Shown here in pieces: positions 29,929 through 39,246 of a stretch of 64,000 nucleotides of DNA. The position numbers and the translations under genes were made by a program. How positions within the stretch are numbered: position 1 is the first letter of the stretch; every line of letters starts with the position of its first letter. The notes below the pieces were generated by a model, which worked only from the letters and a program-made list of their open reading frames with translations, ran no database searches and was not told where the DNA came from. This stretch comes from Elusimicrobiota bacterium (GTDB taxonomy: Bacteria > Elusimicrobiota > Elusimicrobia > F11): NCBI GenBank assembly GCA_044221725.1, contig JBGAON010000003.1, positions 512,001-576,000 of the forward strand, given 5' to 3'.

Positions 29929-29957
29929 AGAGTACATGAGCACAAAATTCAAGTCAA
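29929..29957 (-). promoter_or_regulatory. sigma70-type promoter of the small repeat protein
   Basis: TTGACT-17 nt-TACTCT. Confidence 0.6.
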
Positions 29958-30020
29958 GGAAAAACTAATTTTTTATCGACGAGGATAAGTCGAAGCTCCG
30001 TCGAGTGCTATGATTCGGAA

Positions 30021-30563
30021 ATGAAAACGTTTGTGGCGATCGGCGCAAATCTTGGAGCCCGGCGCGCGACACTGTCGCGCGCCGTCGGAATGCTCGGATG
30101 CCTTCCGAAGACGAACGTTGAAAAAGTTTCTCCTCTCTATGAAACGGAGCCGGTCGGTGGTCCCCGGCAACCCGCGTATCTAAACAGTGTCGTTCAAATC
30201 CACACGGGCCTTGCCCCGCTTCTCTTGATGCGCAAATTGTTGTCGATTGAAAAAAAACTGGGGCGTGTGCGCCGCGTAAAATGGGGGCCGCGTGCAATAG
30301 ATCTTGATCTGTTGGCGTACGGCGAAAAAGTGTTCGCGTCGCGACGATTGGTGGTTCCTCACCCGCGTTATCACGAACGCCGTTTCGTTCTTGTTCCTTT
30401 TTGTCGCGTCGCGCCCGAATTCGTTCATCCGGTGCTCCGGCTGTCGAACAGAAAACTGCTCGCAAAATTGACGGTCCGGGGGCAAAGAGTTACGATCGCG
30501 GCCCAGTGGAACGGAACACGATTCTCTCCCTCCAAGAAAAGAAAAAGAAAAAAATCCCTATAG
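30021..30563 (+). CDS. folK: 2-amino-4-hydroxy-6-hydroxymethyldihydropteridine diphosphokinase
   Basis: AIGANLG, SPLYETEPVG, WGPRAIDLDLL, PHPRYHERRFVLVP. Confidence 0.95.
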   Translation: MKTFVAIGANLGARRATLSRAVGMLGCLPKTNVEKVSPLYETEPVGGPRQPAYLNSVVQIHTGLAPLLLMRKLLSIEKKLGRVRRVKWGPRAIDLDLLAYGEKVFASRRLVVPHPRYHERRFVLVPFCRVAPEFVHPVLRLSNRKLLAKLTVRGQRVTIAAQWNGTRFSPSKKRKRKKSL

Positions 30564-31306
30564 TCGCGCTGACTTGTTACGACGCAGCTTCCGCGCGTCT
30601 CATCGATCAAATGGGCGTGGACGTTGCGCTCGTTGGTGATTCGCTGGCCAACACACGGCTGGGTTATCCGAACACGCTGCCGGTCTCCATCGATGAAATG
30701 GTCCATCACACAAAAGCAGCAGCGCGCGGCGTGCAGCATTCTTTTCTTGTGGCCGATATGCCGTTTCAATCGTACGAAGCTGCGCCCTGGCAAGCATCGG
30801 TGGCGGCCGGACGTTTCATAAAAGAGGGCGGGGCGCAAGCCGTGAAAGTCGAAGGCGGGCAACGTGTGGGGCCCTCGATCGAAGCGATTCTCCGCGCCAA
30901 TATCCCTGTTATGGGGCATCTTGGACTCACGCCCCAATCGGTGCACCCCCAAAGTGGGTATCGGGTACAGGGCCGGGGCGCCCGGGAAGCCGCTAATATA
31001 ATAGGAGCTGCGAAATATCTGGAGAAAATCGGGGTTTTCGCGCTCGTTTTAGAAGGAATTCCCGCGGAATTGGGTCGAAAAATAACCAAAATCCTTAAGA
31101 TTCCCACCATCGGGATTGGGGCCGGTTCCGATTGTGATGGGCAGATTCTTGTTTTTGATGATGTGGTGGGACTTTCAGAGGGTCCGGGTCCGAAGTTCGT
31201 GAAGGCCTATGGCAACGCGCGCGCGGTCATGCGCCGTGCAATAAAACACTACGCGGACGATGTTCGCGAGAAGCGCTTCCCCACCGACCGGCACTCTTAC
31301 CATTGA
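30506..31306 (+). CDS. panB: 3-methyl-2-oxobutanoate hydroxymethyltransferase
   Basis: LTCYD, LVGDSL, ADMPF, AVKVEGG, HLGLTPQS, IGIGAG..CDGQILV. Likely start is GTG 30506. Confidence 0.95.
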   Translation: MERNTILSLQEKKKKKIPIVALTCYDAASARLIDQMGVDVALVGDSLANTRLGYPNTLPVSIDEMVHHTKAAARGVQHSFLVADMPFQSYEAAPWQASVAAGRFIKEGGAQAVKVEGGQRVGPSIEAILRANIPVMGHLGLTPQSVHPQSGYRVQGRGAREAANIIGAAKYLEKIGVFALVLEGIPAELGRKITKILKIPTIGIGAGSDCDGQILVFDDVVGLSEGPGPKFVKAYGNARAVMRRAIKHYADDVREKRFPTDRHSYH

Positions 31307-32154
31307 AAATTATCCATTCCATTGAGGGATTTCGCCGCTGGCGAAATTTGGTTTCCTCTCGCCGATCGGTTGGCTTTGTTCCAACCATGGGCGCGCTCCA
31401 CGCGGCGCATCTGTCGCTCGTGAAAAGATCGAAACGAGAAAACGACTTCACGGTGGTTTCGATCTTTGTGAATCCCACGCAGTTCGGTCCCAAAGAAGAT
31501 TTCTCAAAATATCCGCGTCCATTCCAAGCCGACAAGAAGATGTTGACGCGTTTGGGCATCGACGTGTTGTTCCATCCAACGCCGCACGAGATGTACCCAA
31601 ACGGAAACTCCACGCGCGTGCGCGTGAGCAACCTGACGGATACGTTGTGCGGTTCGCCAACATCGCGCGGTCCGGAACATTTTGTTGGCGTGGCCACCGT
31701 GGTCGCAAAGCTGTTCAATATTGTTCGTCCCACGAGAGCGTATTTCGGAATGAAAGACTTTCAGCAGGTGCGTGTCATTGAACAAATGAACGAGGACTTG
31801 GACCTTGGCGTGAGGATTGTGCGCTGTCCCACAATGCGAGAGCCCGACGGACTCGCAATGTCGAGCCGCAATTTGTACTTGTCGGTGAGCGAACGCGCGC
31901 AGGCGCCGCGGCTTTACCGTGCTTTACAGCTGGGGGCAAAACTCTTAACATCCCGCGCTAGAATGGGCCCTCGAGCGGTGGTTACCAAGCTCCACGAACT
32001 TCTGTCAGCCCCCCCAGCGTTCCGCATTGATTACATTGAGTTGGTCGATGCAGGCACTTTGACGAGGTTGACCTCCGTCAAACGTCCGGCCGTTTTAGCG
32101 GCAGCGGTTTTTTTGGGGCTCACAAGACTTATCGATAATATAGTGATCGAATGA
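31303..32154 (+). CDS. panC: Pantoate--beta-alanine ligase
   Basis: VPTMGALH, SIFVNPTQF, YFGMKDFQQ, DGLAMSSRN, RLIDN. Confidence 0.96.
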   Translation: MKIIHSIEGFRRWRNLVSSRRSVGFVPTMGALHAAHLSLVKRSKRENDFTVVSIFVNPTQFGPKEDFSKYPRPFQADKKMLTRLGIDVLFHPTPHEMYPNGNSTRVRVSNLTDTLCGSPTSRGPEHFVGVATVVAKLFNIVRPTRAYFGMKDFQQVRVIEQMNEDLDLGVRIVRCPTMREPDGLAMSSRNLYLSVSERAQAPRLYRALQLGAKLLTSRARMGPRAVVTKLHELLSAPPAFRIDYIELVDAGTLTRLTSVKRPAVLAAAVFLGLTRLIDNIVIE

Positions 32155-32693
32155 TGCGTAAAAAATTTCTTGTTAAACCTTCGCTTCAGCTGAAGCATCT
32201 CATGCTCACGCTGGTGGTTGTGTTGATTTCCTTTGTGGCGTGTTACCTTCTTTTTGAGCGACAGGTTGCGTTGGCCGTGGCGGATTCCGCTTTGGATTCG
32301 GCGAGCTGGCTTGTGTTGCGATCAAGTCTTCGTGTCGGGTTCGCGTGCACGTTGGTTCTTCTGCTGGCCGGCATTGGCCTCGAAAACTATTTTTTCTTTC
32401 ATACAATTGCGGGACCCATTTACGCACTTGAAAAGGGCCTGAAGCGCTTGGCGAGCGGTGATTTCCAAGACGTCACGCGTATTCGCGAAACGGATCAATT
32501 GAGCGAAGTCATTGAAGCCTTTGAAGAAATGAAAAAACAAATTTTGCTGCGCATTGAATCCCATGAAAAGACCGCCCAGCTTCTCGCACAGGAATTGGAC
32601 CGGTTGTTGGTCAACACGTCCGCCGAAAATATCGAAACACTGCGCAAACGCCTCAAAGAAATCCGGATAAACGTCGAGAACAAAGCAGCATGA
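32151..32693 (+). CDS. Two-TM HAMP-domain membrane protein (paralog of 28978..29598)
   Basis: FHTIAGPIYALEKGLKRLASGDF...IRETDQLSEVIEAFEEM. Confidence 0.75.
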   Translation: MMRKKFLVKPSLQLKHLMLTLVVVLISFVACYLLFERQVALAVADSALDSASWLVLRSSLRVGFACTLVLLLAGIGLENYFFFHTIAGPIYALEKGLKRLASGDFQDVTRIRETDQLSEVIEAFEEMKKQILLRIESHEKTAQLLAQELDRLLVNTSAENIETLRKRLKEIRINVENKAA

Positions 32694-32706
32694 CGTTTTC
32701 ACGCCC

Positions 32707-34548
32707 ATGATGCGAACCTCATTTGTTTCTGAGGTGACCGACCTCCATATTGGCAACCCCGTAACGCTCACCGGCTGGGTGCATTCGCGCCGCGACCACG
32801 GCGGGGTTTTGTTTATTGATTTGCGTGACCGATCCGGTCTTATTCAGATTGTTTTTAATCCGGAGCCCGCCGCGCTTTTTGCGAAAGCCGAAGAGCTTCG
32901 AAGTGAATTCGTGATCCAAGTGCAGGGCAATGTTCGGCAGCGTCCCGAAGGAACACGCAATCCTAACATGGCAACCGGAAACATTGAGGTTCTTGCCGCC
33001 GAGCTTGTGATATTTAATCGCGCCAAGACGCCGCCATTCGAAATTTCCGAACACAACGAATCATCCGAAGACGTGCGGCTGAAATACCGTTATTTGGATT
33101 TGCGGAGGCCTTCGTTGCAACGAAACATGCGGCTGCGCCACGAGATTAGCAACACCGTAAGAAGCTTTTTGCATGACCACAGCTTTTACGAGATCGAAAC
33201 GCCGATGCTTACGCGTTCGACGCCCGAAGGCGCACGCGACTTCCTGGTTCCGTCTCGATTATCGCCCGGTTCGTTCTACGCCTTGCCGCAGTCTCCGCAA
33301 CTTTTCAAGCAGGTTCTTATGGTGAGCGGTTTTGATCGGTATTACCAGATTGCTCGTTGTTTCAGAGACGAGGACCTGCGCGCGGATCGCCAACCCGAAT
33401 TTACGCAGATCGATCTTGAAATGTCGTTTGTGGACGAAGCCGACATTATGTCGCTCATTGAGAAACTGGTGGCGTTGTGTTTCAAGCAGGCGCTCAATGT
33501 CGACGTTCCGCTTCCGTTGCCGAAGATGTCGTACGCCGATGCGAGGCGACGTTTTGGTTCCGACAAACCAGATTTAAGAGTTCCTACCGAAATCCTCGAG
33601 CTGACGTCGATTTTTGCCAACACCGCTTTTGAACGGATTAAGAACAACGTTAAGGCGGGTGGCGCCGTGAAGGGGCTCTTGCACAAAGGCGGCGCTTCGT
33701 TCTCGCGCAAAGAAATTGATGATCTCACGAAGTTCGCGCAATCGGTTGGTGCGCAGGGGTTGGCGTGGGTGAAGGTCCAGCCGAACGGAGAAATTGAATC
33801 GCCGATCGCGAAATTTTTATCTGCTGAGGAGAAAGCCGCAATTCCGGCCGCTGCCAAAGCAACGAACGGAGACATCGTGTTCCTCGTATCTGATAAGGTG
33901 AAGAACGCCGAGACAATTTTGGGTGCGTTGCGCTTGCACCTGTGGCACAACTTCGTGATCAAAGGCAATCCACCGTCGTTAAAAGAGCGTACCGAAATGC
34001 TGTGGGTGACCGATTTTCCTCTTTTTGAATGGAGCGAGGAAGATAAGCGTTGGCAGAGCGTGCACCATCCGTTCACAACACCGCGGCCCGAAGATATCGA
34101 AGCGCTGGCGAAACTTGATGCGCACGCCGAAGTGCAAAATCCGAATTCGGTGCTCGGAACATTCCGCGCCCGTGCGTACGATTTGGTTTTGAACGGAACC
34201 GAGCTTGGTGGCGGTAGCATTCGTATTCATAACGCGGACATCCAGCGAATCATTCTCTCGTTGTTGGGTCTGAGCGCCGCTGAAATGCAGGACAAATTTG
34301 GATTCTTGCTGGACGCGCTTGAATCGGGTGCGCCGCCGCACGGTGGTATCGCGTTAGGGCTGGACCGTTTGATCGCGTTGCTTGTCGGCGAAGATTCCAT
34401 TCGCGACGTGATTGCTTTTCCGAAAACAGCGAAAGGAACGTGTCTGGTCAGCGGCGCCCCCGGCATTCCCGATGCGAAACAACTGAAAGAACTCAACATC
34501 CACGTTTCCATTCCCAAACCTGTCGGAACGGCAACTCAAAAAGTTTAA
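32707..34548 (+). CDS. aspS: Aspartate--tRNA ligase (probably non-discriminating Asp/Asn type)
   Basis: RRDHGG, STPEGARDF, LPQSPQLFKQ, FRDEDLRADRQPEFTQID, GAPPHGGIALGLDR. Confidence 0.97.
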   Translation: MMRTSFVSEVTDLHIGNPVTLTGWVHSRRDHGGVLFIDLRDRSGLIQIVFNPEPAALFAKAEELRSEFVIQVQGNVRQRPEGTRNPNMATGNIEVLAAELVIFNRAKTPPFEISEHNESSEDVRLKYRYLDLRRPSLQRNMRLRHEISNTVRSFLHDHSFYEIETPMLTRSTPEGARDFLVPSRLSPGSFYALPQSPQLFKQVLMVSGFDRYYQIARCFRDEDLRADRQPEFTQIDLEMSFVDEADIMSLIEKLVALCFKQALNVDVPLPLPKMSYADARRRFGSDKPDLRVPTEILELTSIFANTAFERIKNNVKAGGAVKGLLHKGGASFSRKEIDDLTKFAQSVGAQGLAWVKVQPNGEIESPIAKFLSAEEKAAIPAAAKATNGDIVFLVSDKVKNAETILGALRLHLWHNFVIKGNPPSLKERTEMLWVTDFPLFEWSEEDKRWQSVHHPFTTPRPEDIEALAKLDAHAEVQNPNSVLGTFRARAYDLVLNGTELGGGSIRIHNADIQRIILSLLGLSAAEMQDKFGFLLDALESGAPPHGGIALGLDRLIALLVGEDSIRDVIAFPKTAKGTCLVSGAPGIPDAKQLKELNIHVSIPKPVGTATQKV

Positions 34549-35510
34549 TGGCCACAAAACGGCTGCATCTTAAAAACCAAGAAGAAGCGCTCACCTTATT
34601 CGGACAAAACGACCAGTACCTGCGGGAGCTTGAACGCCGGTTTCACGTGCAATTTTTTATTCGTCCTTCTTCTCTTCCGTCGGGAGAAGGTTTAACTCTC
34701 GCCATGCGCGGTCGTGCTCCGGACATCGACAAGGTGATGACCGCGCTCGAGACGCGCCGGCTCACACCGGGAATGCCCGTCACCACGACAGAATCTTTGC
34801 AAGTGAGCTCCACGCAAGCCTCGCCACGCGACATTATTGTTCGTACGGTTTCGGGCGGCGCCATTTGCCCGCGAACCAATAATCAACGCGAGTACATTCG
34901 CGCCATGCGCGACAACGATATGGTGCTGGGGCTTGGTCCCGCTGGAACTGGAAAAACATTCCTCGCTGTCGCGTACGCCGTTTCAGAACTTCAGGCCGGA
35001 CGAGTGAATCGAATTGTTTTGACCCGGCCGGTCGTGGAAGCCGGCGAGAAATTGGGTTTTCTTCCGGGCGACTTCTACGAGAAAGTTCACCCGTATTTGC
35101 GTCCCCTCTACGACGCCTTTTTCACGATCATGGGGCCTGACCGTTTTCGACTGCTAAAAGAAGACGAAGTGATCGAAATTGTACCGCTCGCTTACATGCG
35201 CGGACGAACGTTGGACGATGCGTTAATCATTCTCGACGAAGCGCAGAACACAACGCCCGAGCAAATGAAGATGTTTCTTACGCGCATGGGCCTTCATTCG
35301 AAAGTAATTATCAATGGCGACCTAACGCAGATCGATCTTGAAAACAAAAAGCGGTCCGGTCTTTTGAAAATTGAACGAATCTTGCATGGAATCGAGGGTA
35401 TCGGCTTTATTCGTTTTACCGGCGAAGATGTGGTGCGCCACACGCTCGTGCAAAAAATAATTCAAGCCTACGACGCGTTTGAGAAGTCGGAAAGCGCCAG
35501 CGGACAGTGA
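34548..35510 (+). CDS. phoH: PhoH-family ATPase
   Basis: GPAGTGKT, RPVVEAGEKLGFLPGD, AYMRGRTL, DEAQN. Start ATG 34548 (TAATG overlap). Confidence 0.95.
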   Translation: MATKRLHLKNQEEALTLFGQNDQYLRELERRFHVQFFIRPSSLPSGEGLTLAMRGRAPDIDKVMTALETRRLTPGMPVTTTESLQVSSTQASPRDIIVRTVSGGAICPRTNNQREYIRAMRDNDMVLGLGPAGTGKTFLAVAYAVSELQAGRVNRIVLTRPVVEAGEKLGFLPGDFYEKVHPYLRPLYDAFFTIMGPDRFRLLKEDEVIEIVPLAYMRGRTLDDALIILDEAQNTTPEQMKMFLTRMGLHSKVIINGDLTQIDLENKKRSGLLKIERILHGIEGIGFIRFTGEDVVRHTLVQKIIQAYDAFEKSESASGQ

Positions 35511-37027
35511 ACAAACGATCGTTTATTGAAGCCGTGCGACGCGTGCTTCTTGGATGGTTGGACCGACTCGACCGCATGCAAACGGTTTCCGCGCGCGCCG
35601 AAGCCGGTCGTTGGTACCAACGCGAATTCCACGTTCCCCCGATTGTTATTGGCGTCGGATCGGCGCTGCTTCTTTACGGTGTTCTTCTCTTAAATGCAAA
35701 TCTTTCACCGGCACAGGGCGTGGTGCTCGGTCTTTTCATTGTGATCGTGATGACGTTGTTCGCGGTTTACCTTCACCGCGACCAGGCCGATCTCGTAAAA
35801 AACGACGACGCAATGGGGCTTCTTGCGGTTATTTTCTTTACGACACTTATTTGGATCAAGGTCTCGATGGCCTTGTCGATCAAGTTTCAATGGATTTCAG
35901 TTTACGCCGCGCCGATTACGATGGCGCCTCTTCTCACCGCGCTTCTGCTCAATCCCCGGGTCGCGATGGTGATCGGATTCGCGGTTGCGCTCTTCTTCGG
36001 CATCGTGAACAATTTCTCGCTTCCGCCAGCGATGGTGGTGGCGCTTGGCAGTGCGACCGCCGTGGCGGCGGGTGCGAACGCTCGGACGACAAATCAGGTT
36101 GCGCAAGCGGGGCTTGTTGTGGGCGCGGTCCAAGCGCTTGTTTTGTTTTTTCTGGGCGTGATTCTCGATTGGACAAAATCCGAAATGGGCGTTCATATGG
36201 GCTGGGCCTTTGGAAGTGGGTTTCTTGCGGCCATTTTTTCGTTGGGGGTGCGCCCGTATCTTGAGAGTTTCTTTTCGCGTCTTTCCAATTTAAGTCTTCT
36301 CGAGCTCGCCGGTGTGAATCATCCGCTCTTGAAAACCATGAGCATGGAGGCCCCCGGAACCTATCATCATTCGTTGGTTGTCGCCTCGCTTGCTGAAGAC
36401 GCGGCGAACGGCATTGGTGCGAACGGATTGTTGTGTCGCGTGGGAGCACTTTTTCATGACATTGGAAAAATGGTGAAAGCGGAATATTTCATTGAGAATC
36501 AAGGAACGTTTGGTAATCCGCATGACCAAGTGAGTCCGTCGCTTTCGAAATTGATTATTACGTCCCATGTGAAAGAAGGGCTCGCGCTTGCGAAAGCGAA
36601 CAAGCTCGATCCGCGTATCATGGATTTTATTCCGCAGCATCACGGAACATCTCAAATCGAATACTTTTACCGCAAAGCGCTTAAGTTAGAGGAAAGCGAA
36701 GAAGACATTAACAAAGAAGATATTCCGGAAGAGTCGTACCGCTATCCAGGGCCAAAGCCGCAAACCAAAGAAGCGGGCATCGTGATGCTGGCCGATTCCG
36801 TCGAAGCATCAAGCCGCACCGTGGAAGGGCCCAACCATCAGCGTTACAAAGATCTCGTGAACAAGATCATTCAAAAGAAATTATTCGATGGCCAGCTGGA
36901 CGAAACCCCGCTCACGATTCAAGATTTGCGCACGATTGCCGAACGCTTTACAAACACGCTTCTATCGGTCCATCACGCGCGTATTCCTTACCCCGAATCC
37001 AGTTCCGATATTGCCACGCTGTTGTGA
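35507..37027 (+). CDS. Multi-TM HD (HDIG) phosphohydrolase, PgpH/7TM-HD family
   Basis: APGTYHHS, FHDIGK, HHGTS, YRYPGPKPQTKE, LADSVEA; phoH-HD-ybeY synteny. Confidence 0.88.
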   Translation: MNKRSFIEAVRRVLLGWLDRLDRMQTVSARAEAGRWYQREFHVPPIVIGVGSALLLYGVLLLNANLSPAQGVVLGLFIVIVMTLFAVYLHRDQADLVKNDDAMGLLAVIFFTTLIWIKVSMALSIKFQWISVYAAPITMAPLLTALLLNPRVAMVIGFAVALFFGIVNNFSLPPAMVVALGSATAVAAGANARTTNQVAQAGLVVGAVQALVLFFLGVILDWTKSEMGVHMGWAFGSGFLAAIFSLGVRPYLESFFSRLSNLSLLELAGVNHPLLKTMSMEAPGTYHHSLVVASLAEDAANGIGANGLLCRVGALFHDIGKMVKAEYFIENQGTFGNPHDQVSPSLSKLIITSHVKEGLALAKANKLDPRIMDFIPQHHGTSQIEYFYRKALKLEESEEDINKEDIPEESYRYPGPKPQTKEAGIVMLADSVEASSRTVEGPNHQRYKDLVNKIIQKKLFDGQLDETPLTIQDLRTIAERFTNTLLSVHHARIPYPESSSDIATLL

Positions 37028-37458
37028 CGGTCCGCGCACATCTGTCGAAAGGCGTTGTTCTGCCGCGCCCCTTTGTTAATTCTTTCCGCGTTCGGAAAAT
37101 TGTGGCGACGGTTATGCGTTCCGAGAAAAAAAGGAGATTTGGCGAAATCAACGTTGTTTTCGTTGACCGGGCCACAATTCGGCGAATGAACAAGCAATTT
37201 CTTGACACCGCGGGCGACACCGACGTTATTGCTTTCCCTTACGAAAACCACTCCGGTGACATTTATATTTGCGGTCCCATCGCCATTCGTAACGCCAAGC
37301 ATTACAACGAACCGCTCGGTCGCGAATTGACGCGCCTCGTCGTTCACGGCACGCTCCATTTGCTGGGTTACGCCGACTGGCCCAAAAAAGCTCAGAAGAA
37401 AATGTGGGCACGCCAAGAGCCGTTGGTGGACGCTCTTTGGAGAAACCAATCGTCTTAG
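37024..37458 (+). CDS. ybeY: rRNA maturation endoribonuclease YbeY
   Basis: TDVIAF, GDIYIC, VHGTLHLLGY. Confidence 0.9.
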   Translation: MTVRAHLSKGVVLPRPFVNSFRVRKIVATVMRSEKKRRFGEINVVFVDRATIRRMNKQFLDTAGDTDVIAFPYENHSGDIYICGPIAIRNAKHYNEPLGRELTRLVVHGTLHLLGYADWPKKAQKKMWARQEPLVDALWRNQSS

Positions 37459-37476
37459 CGGCCCCAAATCGCCGTC

Positions 37477-37518
37477 CTTGCATATGAAATAAAATATGAT
37501 GTATATTTCATATGAAAT
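37477..37518 (+). promoter_or_regulatory. Promoter with two palindromic operators for the Xre-RES TA operon
   Basis: TTGCAT-18 nt-TATATT, overlapped by the imperfect CTTGCATATGAAAT (37477-37490) and the perfect palindrome ATTTCATATGAAAT (37505-37518). Confidence 0.65.
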
Positions 37519-37539
37519 TACGTCCCCAGGGGAGTGGGT

Positions 37540-37917
37540 ATGCAAGCGGTAAAAGCACTGGATAACGACGGCGTGGTGGCCAAAGCCTTTTACCGGGCGG
37601 CCGACGCGCTCGGACTAAGCCGCCAAGAAATAAAGGATGTTATTGGGCTCAGCGAACCCACGATTTCAAGAAATTTAAATTCCCTCCAAAAAAAGCAGCC
37701 GGTGGTTTTTGACGCGAAGACCGCCGAGTGCGCACTTTTTTTTATCCGAATTTACCGCTCCCTCTTAGCGGTTGTTGGTGGCAACGAAAATAAGGCGCGC
37801 AAATGGCTGGAGGCGGAAAATCGTTATTTCGGTGGAACGCCGAGGCAGCATTTGAAAACGCTAGGAGGGCTCATTGAAGTCGCAAACTATTTGGACGCAA
37901 TGCGGGGCAAAGTCTAA
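37540..37917 (+). CDS. Xre/MbcA/ParS-type antitoxin
   Basis: N-terminal HTH (LGLSRQEIKDVIGLSEPTISR); C-terminal ARKWLEAENRYFGGTP...GLIEVANYLDAMRG. Confidence 0.88.
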   Translation: MQAVKALDNDGVVAKAFYRAADALGLSRQEIKDVIGLSEPTISRNLNSLQKKQPVVFDAKTAECALFFIRIYRSLLAVVGGNENKARKWLEAENRYFGGTPRQHLKTLGGLIEVANYLDAMRGKV

Positions 37918-38635
37918 CCTTAAGACGCTCGAATGCGATGCGTGCCGCGTCGTGGAATATCCGTACCGGTCCGTTACCCGAAAATTGGTTGACTCGCCGG
38001 AGGAACACCAATTGCTCGAAGACGCTATTGAGGCAATAAAACCTCCTTCAATCGAAGGCGCGGATTTGCATTTCTTATTGTCCACACCATTCCGGTACCC
38101 CCCTCTCAAACACGGCTCTCGTTTCGGGGCAACACAACACAAGGGGATTTGGTACGGATCTCTCGCCGAGCGTACCGCGTTCGCCGAACGTGCTTACTAT
38201 TTGTTTCGCTTTTTTAATGATTCCGAAGCTGAAATCTCAATCGAATCTGAATTCACCTTGTTTTGGACGCGACTTCGTTCGCGCAAAGCGGCCGATTTAA
38301 CGCGGGAACCATTTCTCAAATTCAAAGATGAAATCTCAGATAGGGCCAGTTACGAGACGAGCCAGCAACTGGGAGACGAGATGCGCGCAGCGGGTGTTGA
38401 ATTTGTGAAATTTATTTCGGCGAGAGATCGTGAACAGGGCATTAACGTCGCCGTCTTTTCCTCGAAATCTTTTGCGTCGACGTCCGTCCGAGACTCCGAT
38501 TGCACGAATTGGAGTTGTTTTGCGAACGGGACCCGGGTGGAATTTCGTCGCAAGAGCTTCGTGAAAGATGATGAGCATGTGTTTGATTTTTCAGAGTTCG
38601 CTGTGCGCGGCCATTTGCCCGTTCCAAAAAATTAA
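37874..38635 (+). CDS. RES-domain toxin (NAD+ phosphorylase family)
   Basis: CRVVE, LLSTPFRYPPLKHGSRFG, GIWYGS...TAFAERAYY, ISARD...NVAVF; adjacent to the Xre antitoxin. Confidence 0.88.
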   Translation: MKSQTIWTQCGAKSNLKTLECDACRVVEYPYRSVTRKLVDSPEEHQLLEDAIEAIKPPSIEGADLHFLLSTPFRYPPLKHGSRFGATQHKGIWYGSLAERTAFAERAYYLFRFFNDSEAEISIESEFTLFWTRLRSRKAADLTREPFLKFKDEISDRASYETSQQLGDEMRAAGVEFVKFISARDREQGINVAVFSSKSFASTSVRDSDCTNWSCFANGTRVEFRRKSFVKDDEHVFDFSEFAVRGHLPVPKN

Positions 38636-38658
38636 ATGAGTTATGCTAAAAACAAGCC

Positions 38659-39246
38659 ATGATGGAATCTGTTGTTAGCGCCGGGCTTGTGCTTCGCCGG
38701 GTGCGATATTTGGATTACGACTTTAAGCTGACGCTGTTGTTGCGCGACATTGGGAAAGTGGGTGTGGTTTCGAAAGGCGGCCAGAAAATCACGTCCAAAA
38801 TGAAAGCGGTTCAAGAACCGTTTACCGAAGCCGACTTTCATGTGTACGTGCCGGCGCACGGCATTAACGGCCGCTTGGCCGGCGGTCGATTGGTGAACTC
38901 GCACCAAAACTTGCGTCAGCAGCTCGACGTTTTTCAGTTGGCGAGTCGCTGCTGCGAAGTGGTGGAGGCGCTCCTTCCTTACCGAGCGCCAGCGCCCGAC
39001 GTTTATGATATTCTCCACGCGTCCCTCCAGAGGTTCCACGCACCCGAACGTCATTCGACGACACCGCTGCACGAGTGGGTTTTGTTTGTTGTGCGACTGC
39101 TCAAGTCGCTGGGTCACGGAGATGTTTCAAAACACGCGTTACAATTGTTGACGGACGCGCCGATGGAGAGATGCGTGTCGTTTGTCGAGGCCGAGTTGGA
39201 ACAAATTTTGCCGCGACGTTTAAAATCCGTCGTTGAGGTTCAGTGA
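38659..39246 (+). CDS. recO: DNA repair protein RecO (short)
   Basis: [19 protein letters not shown]...[16 protein letters not shown]...EPF; immediately upstream of glyQ. Confidence 0.8.
   Translation: MMESVVSAGLVLRRVRYLDYDFKLTLLLRDIGKVGVVSKGGQKITSKMKAVQEPFTEADFHVYVPAHGINGRLAGGRLVNSHQNLRQQLDVFQLASRCCEVVEALLPYRAPAPDVYDILHASLQRFHAPERHSTTPLHEWVLFVVRLLKSLGHGDVSKHALQLLTDAPMERCVSFVEAELEQILPRRLKSVVEVQ

Noticed and set aside
33342..34220. 292-aa minus-strand ORF
   Set aside because: Antisense shadow of aspS.
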